Origin: an uncultured Eggerthellaceae bacterium
GTDB taxonomy: Bacteria > Actinomycetota > Coriobacteriia > Coriobacteriales > Eggerthellaceae
Direction: 5' to 3'
NCBI GenBank assembly: GCA_949840905.1
Contig: CATKXW010000001.1
Coordinates: 75,499 to 139,498 of the forward strand
DNA: 64,000 bases
Part shown: piece by piece, positions 47,040 to 54,831 of the stretch
Position numbering within the stretch: the stretch's first letter is position 1
Layout: each line of letters begins with the position of its first letter
Program-made: the position numbers and the translations under genes
Notes under the pieces: generated by a model
The model's database searches: none
Seen by the model: only the letters and a program-made list of their open reading frames with translations
Told to the model about the DNA's origin: nothing

Positions 47040-49102
47040 GCGACCTTGCGCAGGTACTTGGGCAGGTCGAACTCAAGACCGGTGCCCGACATGTTCTGAC
47101 CGAGCCACGAGTAACAGCTCGACATGGTCTCGGCGATGCCGGTAGCCCAGGTGAGCGAGGTGGCGTACTGATGCCAAGGGTCGCCGCCCTGCTCCATGCG
47201 CTGCACGTCCCAACGCATCTTATAAAGGGTGTTCTGCTGACCCGACTCAGGCGAGGTCGAGTTCACGTAATTGTTCGATATCCATTCCGCTGCGCCCACG
47301 ATAGCGCGCTCGGGGCTGCTCCAGCCGCCCTTCTTCGCCATGGCAGCACCGCCGTTGTTCGGGTCGACGTCGTAGGCACCGATGCCGTAGAAGTTGTAGT
47401 AGCCCTCATAGCCGGCCACCTTGCCCTGAGCGAGGGTCGAACAGCCCCACGCGCTCTCGATGGCGGCATGGGCGAGCAAATACACCTCGTTCACATTGTG
47501 CTTCTTGGCTGCGTCGATGAAGTACTGACCGGTCTCGCGCAGGTTGCTGCGCACGCCGTAGCGCTTCTCCTGATAGGTCACCTTCGAGGCGATCAGCTGG
47601 TTGAGCTGATCAGCCGTCACGTTGCCCGAGAACCCGTCGGAGAGGATGGCGTACTGGTAGTACTTCTGGCCCCAATAGGAGCACTTGTCAGGATCGAGGG
47701 TCTGCATCACGTCCTCAGCTTTGCTGCCAGAACGTGCCGCTTGGGTCTCAGCGAAGCGCTCCAGCCACACATCATAGGCGGTGACGCGGATGTTCGAGAA
47801 ATGGAGCGCGTCGAACAGCGCGCCCTGCACGCTGTTGCTGAGCGCTTTGGTATCGCCGAAGATGCGCATGGTCTTGATGCCGCCAGCACGGTTGACCACG
47901 TCAACAGCGCGCTCGGTGTTGTTCTCGTTCACCAGCATCATCACCGACTTGCTGCGTCCCTGAAGGGCGCCGCCGCCGAGAGCGTCCCACGGAGCCAGGC
48001 CGGTAGCGAAGCCGGCGCCCTCCATGGACAGGCCGTTCTTGGTGGCCCACACGGCCGTCTTGGCGCTGGTATCATAGCGATCGGTGCCGTCCATGCGCTC
48101 GACATTGCTCGCGCAGTCGCGCAGCATCTGCTCGGTGCCCGAGCTCACGCGCACGCCGCTGCCCACCACCAGGCCCTGGTCGAAGGAGCCAGCAGCACGC
48201 AGAGCGCCGGTCTGCTCGTCGTTCAGTACCAGGTCGTCGTTGGTGAGGAACAAAGGTGCCTTCTTCACGTAGGCCACCGGCGCGGCGGAAAGAGCGTCAG
48301 GGAACGCCACATCCTGGCCGCTGGCCACCACCACCAGGTCGTTGCCCCACAGACCGTTCTTCTTGCCGTAGTCGTAGATGGCCATCTGCGTCGCATAGCG
48401 ATCCACGCCGCCCAAACGGCCCTCCAGCGCGATGCCCATGGCGCGCAGGTCGTCCACCACCTGGTCGCTCAAGGCGGCCGTAGAGCCGATGACCAGAGCC
48501 TTCTTCACCCGCAGCGTGGTGATGGCGCTCTTGGCACAGTCGCTCAACCGCCACGGCTCGGTGAGGAGGATGGGGCAGTCGTAGGCGCCAGCCAAGCTCG
48601 ACGCGGTCAGTGCGTCGGGGAAGCGCTCGCCGGTGACCAGGATGATGTAGTCGCTGCTCTGCCATCCGGTGGTGGCCTGACGAGCGGAGGTGTCGTAGCG
48701 GTCGCAGCCGTCGAGGGTCACCACGCTCTGCGAGCGCGTGGTGCTCGAGAACAACGAGATACGATCATCGGCACCGGAACCGTCATCGTCGGTCTTCATG
48801 TTCTCGGCGATCTCCTCATCGGTGATGTTGGAGTACAGAGGAGCCTCTTCGCTCTCCTCCACCGGAGCCATCGGCTCATCGGAAGCTTCCTCGGCCGCTT
48901 CTGGCACATCGGGTTCTTTGAGCGATGCGGCCAGCGGAGCCTCTGCGGGGGCTTCTTCATTCTTCTGCATCAGATCGTCGACGAGAAGGCTCGTCCACGG
49001 AAGACCGTTGTTCGCCAACGCCGACAACGGCATCGACAAGACGAGGGCGGCCGACAGCGCCACGCCCACGATAGCAGCAAGCTTCACCTTGCGGTTCTTC
49101 AT
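47036..49102 (-). CDS. Secreted cell-wall hydrolase: three CWB2 (CW_binding_2) repeats plus a GH73 N-acetylglucosaminidase domain
   Basis: 688 aa from the ATG at 49102 (signal peptide MKNRKVKLAAIVGVALSAALVLSMPLSALA). Repeats GCDRYDTS..FPDALTASSLAGAYDCPILLT, GVDRYATQ..FPDALSAAPVAYVKKAPLFLT, GTDRYDTS... C-terminal LLAHAAIESAWG...YNFYGIGAYD is a glucosaminidase core. Confidence 0.85.
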   Translation of the reverse strand: MKNRKVKLAAIVGVALSAALVLSMPLSALANNGLPWTSLLVDDLMQKNEEAPAEAPLAASLKEPDVPEAAEEASDEPMAPVEESEEAPLYSNITDEEIAENMKTDDDGSGADDRISLFSSTTRSQSVVTLDGCDRYDTSARQATTGWQSSDYIILVTGERFPDALTASSLAGAYDCPILLTEPWRLSDCAKSAITTLRVKKALVIGSTAALSDQVVDDLRAMGIALEGRLGGVDRYATQMAIYDYGKKNGLWGNDLVVVASGQDVAFPDALSAAPVAYVKKAPLFLTNDDLVLNDEQTGALRAAGSFDQGLVVGSGVRVSSGTEQMLRDCASNVERMDGTDRYDTSAKTAVWATKNGLSMEGAGFATGLAPWDALGGGALQGRSKSVMMLVNENNTERAVDVVNRAGGIKTMRIFGDTKALSNSVQGALFDALHFSNIRVTAYDVWLERFAETQAARSGSKAEDVMQTLDPDKCSYWGQKYYQYAILSDGFSGNVTADQLNQLIASKVTYQEKRYGVRSNLRETGQYFIDAAKKHNVNEVYLLAHAAIESAWGCSTLAQGKVAGYEGYYNFYGIGAYDVDPNNGGAAMAKKGGWSSPERAIVGAAEWISNNYVNSTSPESGQQNTLYKMRWDVQRMEQGGDPWHQYATSLTWATGIAETMSSCYSWLGQNMSGTGLEFDLPKYLRKVA

Positions 49103-49258
49103 GACCAACACCCTTCTTCTCCGCCGCTCCCGTTCAGGTCCCCTTCCCTGGGGGGGCATTCGGAGGCGGCCTCTCTGCTACGTTTGGTGTTTATAATGAG
49201 TGATGTTAGATTATATGACCGTTCATTTCCCTTGAAAAGACGGAAGAAGAGCGAAAGC

Positions 49259-50581
49259 ATGGACCCCACATCTTCTCCGCGATGCGAGACCGCCGGCCCC
49301 GAAGGGGCCTCTGACGAGCGCTCGCGGCCAGCTCCGCTCTCGCTGAAGAGGAACATCGCCTGGAACACGACCGGCTGCCTCTTCTATCAGGGGTGTCAAT
49401 GGCTCACCACCATCGTGGTGGTATGGCTCAGCCACGGCTATGACAACGCGGGCATCCTCGCGCTCGCCATGGCGGTGGGCAACATCTTCGCCTCCATCGC
49501 CTTATATAAGATGCGCACCTTCCAAGTCTCCGACGTCGCGAACGCCTACAGCCAGGGAAACTACGCAGCGGTGCGCTTCATCACCGTCGGTGCCGCCTTC
49601 GCCCTGTGCATCCCCTATGCCCTCCTCACCACCACTGGGACCGATACGGTCCTGTGCATTCTCGCGTTTCTGCTGTTCAAGTCCGATGAGGCCTTCGCCG
49701 ACCTGCTCTACGGCGTCGATCAGCGCGGGATGCGCATGGACTACATCGGCATCTCGCAGCTGCTGCGCGGCGTGGCCTCGCTCGGAGCTTTCTCGCTCGG
49801 GCTCTTGGTCGGCCACAACCTGCTAGCGGCCATCGGCACCATGTTCGTCTCCTGCCTCGCCATCACCCTGTTCTACGATCTGCCCCATGCCCAGCGCTTC
49901 GCCTCGCTACGCCCGCGCATCTATGGCCGCACGGCGCTCTCGCTTCTGCGCAGCGGGCTTCCCGCGGTGCTCGCGCTGGTAGCTAACATCGCGGTGGTAT
50001 CGGTGAGCCGCCAGTTCCTCGGCGCTCTGTGCGGCGAAGAGCTGCTGGGCATCTACGCGAGCATCTCCACGCCGGCCGTGCTCATGCAGGCGGCGGTGGG
50101 ATACCTCTACACGCCCATGATCGGCCATCTTTCCCAACTGTGGAACAGCCATGACGTCCACGGCCTGATCCGCTTCCTCGGGAAGATGGGAGTGCTGGTC
50201 ATCGGGTCGCTGGCGCTGTGCTCGGCGTTGCTCGTCGCCGTCGCGCCGTGGTTGCTCACCCTCGTGTTCGGCGAATCCATCGCTCCGTGGGCGTGGATAT
50301 TCCCCTCCTCGATGCTGTGCACGGCTCTGATCGCGCTCATATCGCTGGCCTGCGACGTGCTCATCGTGTTCCGTCGCCCCTCTTCGGCGCTGCTCAGCTG
50401 CGCAGCTGCTTTCCTAGTGGCAGTGGTCGCGGCCGTGCCGTTCATCGAGGCGTTCTCCTTGAACGGCATCAACCTGTCCATCTCGCTGGCCTATGGGCTC
50501 GGCATCGTCATCGCCACGATCGCCATCGTGAGCGCCATCCGCCGCCGCTGCATGATGAAGACGGCGTCGCAGAACAGCTAG
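49259..50581 (+). CDS. Wzx-like oligosaccharide flippase (MOP/polysaccharide biosynthesis family)
   Basis: About 440 aa, about 12-14 TM. It is the real 3' third of the 1136-aa track ORF. A TATAAT at 49192-49197 favours the ATG at 49259 over 49196. Confidence 0.75.
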   Translation: MDPTSSPRCETAGPEGASDERSRPAPLSLKRNIAWNTTGCLFYQGCQWLTTIVVVWLSHGYDNAGILALAMAVGNIFASIALYKMRTFQVSDVANAYSQGNYAAVRFITVGAAFALCIPYALLTTTGTDTVLCILAFLLFKSDEAFADLLYGVDQRGMRMDYIGISQLLRGVASLGAFSLGLLVGHNLLAAIGTMFVSCLAITLFYDLPHAQRFASLRPRIYGRTALSLLRSGLPAVLALVANIAVVSVSRQFLGALCGEELLGIYASISTPAVLMQAAVGYLYTPMIGHLSQLWNSHDVHGLIRFLGKMGVLVIGSLALCSALLVAVAPWLLTLVFGESIAPWAWIFPSSMLCTALIALISLACDVLIVFRRPSSALLSCAAAFLVAVVAAVPFIEAFSLNGINLSISLAYGLGIVIATIAIVSAIRRRCMMKTASQNS

Positions 50582-50919
50582 CGGCTTCGCCGCTCGTTCT
50601 CGCTCAGAGCCTCGTCCTGCACCAGCTGGGAGAGCTTCGCCTTCAGCTTCGCTATCTCCAAAGAGGCGCTGAACTCCTTCATCAGCAATATGGCCACGAT
50701 GCACAAGAAGATGAAGTTCGCGGGCGACTCCACGCCCAGCAGGTCAGCGCACCAGAACGCTATCTGCGGGAACACCGCCAGCACCGCCAAGCACAGCACG
50801 AAGAAGAACCAGAAGATGGCATCGGCCGTCTTTATCTGGGACTTACGTATCTTGCGCAGCACGAACACCAGCGTGAGCAGGGCTGCGACTATGAGGAACA
50901 CCCTCAGACTGAGCGCCAT
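50578..50919 (-). CDS. DUF2304-family small membrane protein
   Basis: 113 aa, three TMs and a C-terminal amphipathic helix. It has the usual position immediately after a GT2 gene. Confidence 0.7.
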   Translation of the reverse strand: MALSLRVFLIVAALLTLVFVLRKIRKSQIKTADAIFWFFFVLCLAVLAVFPQIAFWCADLLGVESPANFIFLCIVAILLMKEFSASLEIAKLKAKLSQLVQDEALSENERRSR

Positions 50920-50926
50920 GGGCCGA

Positions 50927-51673
50927 TCACACCTTCTTCCTGAACCACTGCACCAACAGGATGGAAACGCACACCTGCAGCATATAGCTCATCGAGCGGG
51001 TGAACGTGAGGTAGCTCTCCCCTGCGATGCGCTCCTGCATCTCCACCTGCACCTCTTCCACCTTCGCGCCGCTGCGCATGGCCAACACGAGGGAATCGGG
51101 CTCAGGACCTAGGTCCAGCTCAGTAGCGAACGGCTCGATCATCTTGCGGTCGAACAGGCGCATGCCGGAGGTGGGATCGGTGATGGTCTTGCCCGTGGTG
51201 AGCTTGATGAGCCCCGTGATGAGGCTGGAGCCGATCATGCGGGCCGAAACGGGCTTCTTCTTCTCGCAGAACCGCGAGCCGATGACGATGTCAGCGCCGG
51301 TGCGTTCGGCCTGCTCCACCATAGGGAGTATGTAGGCGGCGCCGTGCTGACCGTCGGCATCGAACTGCACCGCGTAGTCGTAGCCGTGGCGCAGGGCGTA
51401 CTTCATGCCGGTCTGGAACGCCCCAGCAAGGCCGAGGTTCACAGGAAGCGAGACCAGGTTGTAGCCGTGCTCCTCGCACAGGCGCGCGGTGGCGTCCCGC
51501 GAGCCGTCGTTCACGATCACATGGTCGACCCCTGGTGCACGGGCCAGCAGGTCCTCCACCGTGGAGACGATGTTCTCTTCTTCGTTGTAGGCCGGGATGA
51601 TGGCCAGGATCCTTCGGTCCATGGTGCTCGTCTTCTCGTTTCGGTCGGTCGATGCCGCTATCGGGTCAGCCAT
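50927..51673 (-). CDS. GT2 glycosyltransferase (polyprenyl-phosphate glycosyltransferase-like, GtrB/CsbB type)
   Basis: 248 aa. ILAIIPAYNEEENI, DGSRD, FDADGQH motifs. Paired with DUF2304. Confidence 0.8.
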   Translation of the reverse strand: MADPIAASTDRNEKTSTMDRRILAIIPAYNEEENIVSTVEDLLARAPGVDHVIVNDGSRDATARLCEEHGYNLVSLPVNLGLAGAFQTGMKYALRHGYDYAVQFDADGQHGAAYILPMVEQAERTGADIVIGSRFCEKKKPVSARMIGSSLITGLIKLTTGKTITDPTSGMRLFDRKMIEPFATELDLGPEPDSLVLAMRSGAKVEEVQVEMQERIAGESYLTFTRSMSYMLQVCVSILLVQWFRKKV

Positions 51674-52457
51674 TGCTCTTGCGCCCCAGTCCGTGAGCGA
51701 GGTTGAGCGCCCAGGCGATGGGCGCGGGCCAGAAGCGCCGCAGCATCTCGCGGTCCTCGGCGGTGCGCGTGTTGTCCTTTATGAGGGCCGAGGTCTCCGA
51801 TCCCTCGTGGATCCTATGGTACATGAGGATGCGCGGGTCGTAGAGGAACTCGCCGCTCAGATGGGATATGCGCTCCCATGCCTCCCAATCGAGGTTGCTC
51901 TTCATGCCGTCTTGGAACACTGGGTACGGCAGCGCGTCCACCGCCATCGTCACCGACGGACAGCAGATGGCCGAGCCCAAGGAGAGCACACGACGGCGCA
52001 CGCGCACATCGGCGCGATTCGCCTTGTCCTCCAAAGGACGCAACAGCTTGCGCTTCACGGCCAGCAGACGGTTGTCGTCCACCGGCTCCCCATCGCGCAG
52101 CTCGCCGTAGTTGGTGAAGAACAGCAGCGGTCGTTCCGCGTCGTTCATGGCCTCCAACATGGCCTCGGCATAGGGGGCGCAGTACACGTCATCTTGGTGC
52201 GCGATGGTCACCAGCGGCGTATCGGCGCAGGACAGCGCATAGTTCCAATCGTGAGCGATGCCTGGGGCCTCGCCGCTCACGAACAGCTCGATGTCGGCCT
52301 GTCGTGCTGCGTCCTCTATCCACCCGTTCGGCGTGGAGGTGCACAAGATGATGTGGGAAGCGACGCTCTGGTCCTTCAACGAGGCGATGCACTCGCGCAG
52401 ATAGGGGCCTTCCCCGTAGGCGCAAAGGGCGAATGTGTGGTCTTGGGCAGTGAACAT
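51666..52457 (-). CDS. GT2-family glycosyltransferase
   Basis: 263 aa from the ATG at 52457. FALCAYGEGPYLRECIASL...IAHQDDVY. The track ORF to 52901 is a spurious extension. Confidence 0.7.
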   Translation of the reverse strand: MFTAQDHTFALCAYGEGPYLRECIASLKDQSVASHIILCTSTPNGWIEDAARQADIELFVSGEAPGIAHDWNYALSCADTPLVTIAHQDDVYCAPYAEAMLEAMNDAERPLLFFTNYGELRDGEPVDDNRLLAVKRKLLRPLEDKANRADVRVRRRVLSLGSAICCPSVTMAVDALPYPVFQDGMKSNLDWEAWERISHLSGEFLYDPRILMYHRIHEGSETSALIKDNTRTAEDREMLRRFWPAPIAWALNLAHGLGRKSNG

Positions 52458-52575
52458 GGGTCCAGTATAATGGACATTTCCTCTCCGTTCGCGAGATACC
52501 GCGAAGAGGACGCGCTTCGATGCCACGCGGAACGGTGCCGTCGAAGTCCTCCCTCGGAAACGAAAAGGTGATCCT

Positions 52576-54714
52576 ATGTGGGCCGGCTTCATCGTCGGAT
52601 GCCTCGTCGGCATCTTGATCCTGTTCATCCCCGGTGCGCTCGTGCTGCGCGCGCTGCGCTTCTCGCTGCCCCAAAGCTGCGCGTTCGCCCCTGCGCTCTC
52701 GGTGGCCATCATCGCCATAGCAGGCGTGGCCATCGACCTGCTCTCGCTGAAAGGGGTCGGGGCGCTGCTCGGCATGACGGCGCTCATCACGGTGGCGCTG
52801 AGCGCGAAGGGGCTGCTCTCCTCCCTGACCGCCTGGCGCGCCCACGCCGCGGAGAAGCCGAGCGCAGCTCCCCTGCTGCCGTCCATCTCCTGGGGGGCCA
52901 TCGCGCTCTACGTGGTGGTGAACGTGGGTGTCATGGGGTATCTGTTCCTCATCTGCCTGAGCTCCCTCGATGCCATCATCCCCATCGGGGACGTCAACTA
53001 CCATGTGAACGTCGTGATGTCCATGATGGACAGCGGCAACTTCTCCACCCTCTCCGTCTCCCCCTACCCTGACTCGCTTCCCGCCGAAGAGGTGCCCTTT
53101 GCCGCGAACGGCTACTATCCGGCCGCCTGGCATGCGGTATGCGCCCTGCTCGGCTCGCTCTGCGGCCTGAGCGCCCCTCTGGCGGAGAACGTCTTGAACT
53201 TCCTGTTCACCTCCGTGGTGTTCCCCCTCGGCGTGCTGGGGCTTTTGACGGTGGCCTTTCCTGAGCGCAAGACGTTCGTCTGGTGGGGGGCGCTCGTGGT
53301 GTGCGCCGGGGTCGCCTTCCCGCTGCGGCCCTTGCTGGTCCATCAGATATATCCGAACATCGCTGGGTTCTCCTGCCTGCCGGCGGTCATCGCCTTGAGC
53401 GCGGCGGCCTTGGGCCCCCTCGACGGGAAAGGGATGCGCTCGCGGCTCCTCGCCGCCTCCTTCGGCGGCTTCGTCGGGTTGGGCCTGCTGCATCCCAACG
53501 TGTTCTTGGCAGGATGCGTCTTCCTGTTCGCCATCGTGCTCTGCATCGGCATCCCGCAGCTCTCAGCTTGCCTCGCCCGTCGCGCCCGCCAACAGCGATG
53601 GCGTTCGCCGAGGCGGTGGCGCATCGCGCTCTCGGTGGCCTGGATCGTGCTGGCCGTGACGGTCTGGCTCGTGCTGTTGGACCTGCCGGCCTTCGCCAGC
53701 ATCACCAACTTCCTGTGGACGTGGACCGTCTCGGTGCCGAAGGCCATCATGTTGGTGCTCTCCTTCGGCCTGTGCCTCGGGCCGCCCCAATACCTTCTCG
53801 CGTTGCTCGGCGTCATCGGCGCCATCTGGTGCTCGCGCCATGAGGGCCATGGATGGCTCGTGCTCGCAGCCGTGCTGTTCGCCATCGTCTTCTGCGGCGG
53901 GGCCGCTGGGTCCCCTGAGGTGAAGAAGGTGTTCGCCGGCTTCTGGTACACCGACCCCGAGCGCACTTCAGCTCTGTTCACCATCGCCATGATCCCGCTC
54001 GTGGCCGCCGGTCTCGGGCTGGCCTACCAAGGGGTGCGAAAGGGCATCGACGTCCTGATCGAAAGAGGCGAGAAGGCCTCCTCCCAGCAGGGCCGCACCG
54101 CGACCGCGGCCAGATCGGCCAAGATCGGGGCCATCGCCGTGGTGACCGCGGTCTTCGTCAGCCTCGACTTCTTCGCAGCTCACATCCCTCTGCCCCTCCC
54201 CGGGTTCGGCGACGGCTCCGGTTTCGCCATCACACGCCAAGCCCTCCGCTATGAGAGCGATCCTGCCAACTCGCCGCTCTACACCGAAGCGGAGCAACGC
54301 TTCGTGGACGAGGCGCTCGCCCTGGTGAGCCAGGAGGGGCACGACGATGCGCTCATCATCAACCAGCCCCACGACGGCAGCCTGTTCGCTTACCCCGTCA
54401 ACGACGCCAACGTGTACTACAAGTCCTACATCCGCTCCGACCAAGAGAGCGAAGAGAGCAAGGCCATCCGCCTCTCCCTCGACGAGATATCCACCGACGA
54501 AGCCGTTCGCGCAGCCGTGCGCAAAGCCGAGGAGAGCGCCGGGGCCGTCTATGTGCTGGTGCTGAACCACGACGAGGGCGAGAACTACGACAGCAACCGC
54601 TGGAAAGAGGAGGACTGGACCGGCTTCGACGACCTCACCGACGCCACCCCCGGCTTCGAGACGGTGCTGGCCGACGGCACCATGCGCCTCTACCGCATCA
54701 CCGCCCTCGACTGA
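52576..54714 (+). CDS. Large polytopic membrane protein with a C-terminal extracytoplasmic domain (GT-C-like / polymer-modifying candidate)
   Basis: 712 aa, at least 12 predicted TMs. An early loop motif DVNYHVN...YYPAAWH, and a soluble acidic C-terminal ~170 aa. SD AAGGTGA before the ATG. Confidence 0.5.
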   Translation: MWAGFIVGCLVGILILFIPGALVLRALRFSLPQSCAFAPALSVAIIAIAGVAIDLLSLKGVGALLGMTALITVALSAKGLLSSLTAWRAHAAEKPSAAPLLPSISWGAIALYVVVNVGVMGYLFLICLSSLDAIIPIGDVNYHVNVVMSMMDSGNFSTLSVSPYPDSLPAEEVPFAANGYYPAAWHAVCALLGSLCGLSAPLAENVLNFLFTSVVFPLGVLGLLTVAFPERKTFVWWGALVVCAGVAFPLRPLLVHQIYPNIAGFSCLPAVIALSAAALGPLDGKGMRSRLLAASFGGFVGLGLLHPNVFLAGCVFLFAIVLCIGIPQLSACLARRARQQRWRSPRRWRIALSVAWIVLAVTVWLVLLDLPAFASITNFLWTWTVSVPKAIMLVLSFGLCLGPPQYLLALLGVIGAIWCSRHEGHGWLVLAAVLFAIVFCGGAAGSPEVKKVFAGFWYTDPERTSALFTIAMIPLVAAGLGLAYQGVRKGIDVLIERGEKASSQQGRTATAARSAKIGAIAVVTAVFVSLDFFAAHIPLPLPGFGDGSGFAITRQALRYESDPANSPLYTEAEQRFVDEALALVSQEGHDDALIINQPHDGSLFAYPVNDANVYYKSYIRSDQESEESKAIRLSLDEISTDEAVRAAVRKAEESAGAVYVLVLNHDEGENYDSNRWKEEDWTGFDDLTDATPGFETVLADGTMRLYRITALD

Positions 54715-54744
54715 CGCCTCCCCTCCCTTCATCGCACCATCGAA

Positions 54745-54788
54745 AAGCCCCCTTCTTCCGTTCGAGCGCGGACGGAAGAAGGGGGCTT
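54745..54788. terminator. Strong bidirectional terminator hairpin between convergent genes
   Basis: Perfect 17-bp stem AAGCCCCCTTCTTCCGT / ACGGAAGAAGGGGGCTT with a 10-nt loop. The minus-strand reading is followed by TTTTCG. Confidence 0.8.
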
Positions 54789-54831
54789 CGACGTTCGGTC
54801 TGCGAGCGCAGCTAGCGCCAGATCAGCCAGG

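Noticed and set aside
47171-50581. 1136-aa plus-strand ORF, the longest in the window
   Set aside because: Its first ~695 codons are antisense to the well-supported CWB2/GH73 hydrolase and have Arg/His/Gly/Val-rich low-information composition, typical of high-GC shadow ORFs. Only the part from 49196/49259 onward (the Wzx-like flippase) is real.
50578-50581. Convergent genes sharing stop codons through the palindromic CTAG (also CTAA at 60604-60607)
   Set aside because: A curiosity of tight packing, with no evidence of function.
52189-53493. 434-aa minus-strand ORF and other ORFs overlapping the 712-aa membrane protein gene
   Set aside because: Arg/Gly/His/Glu-rich composition without motifs. 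The plus-strand frame encodes a coherent multi-TM protein with an SD-preceded ATG.
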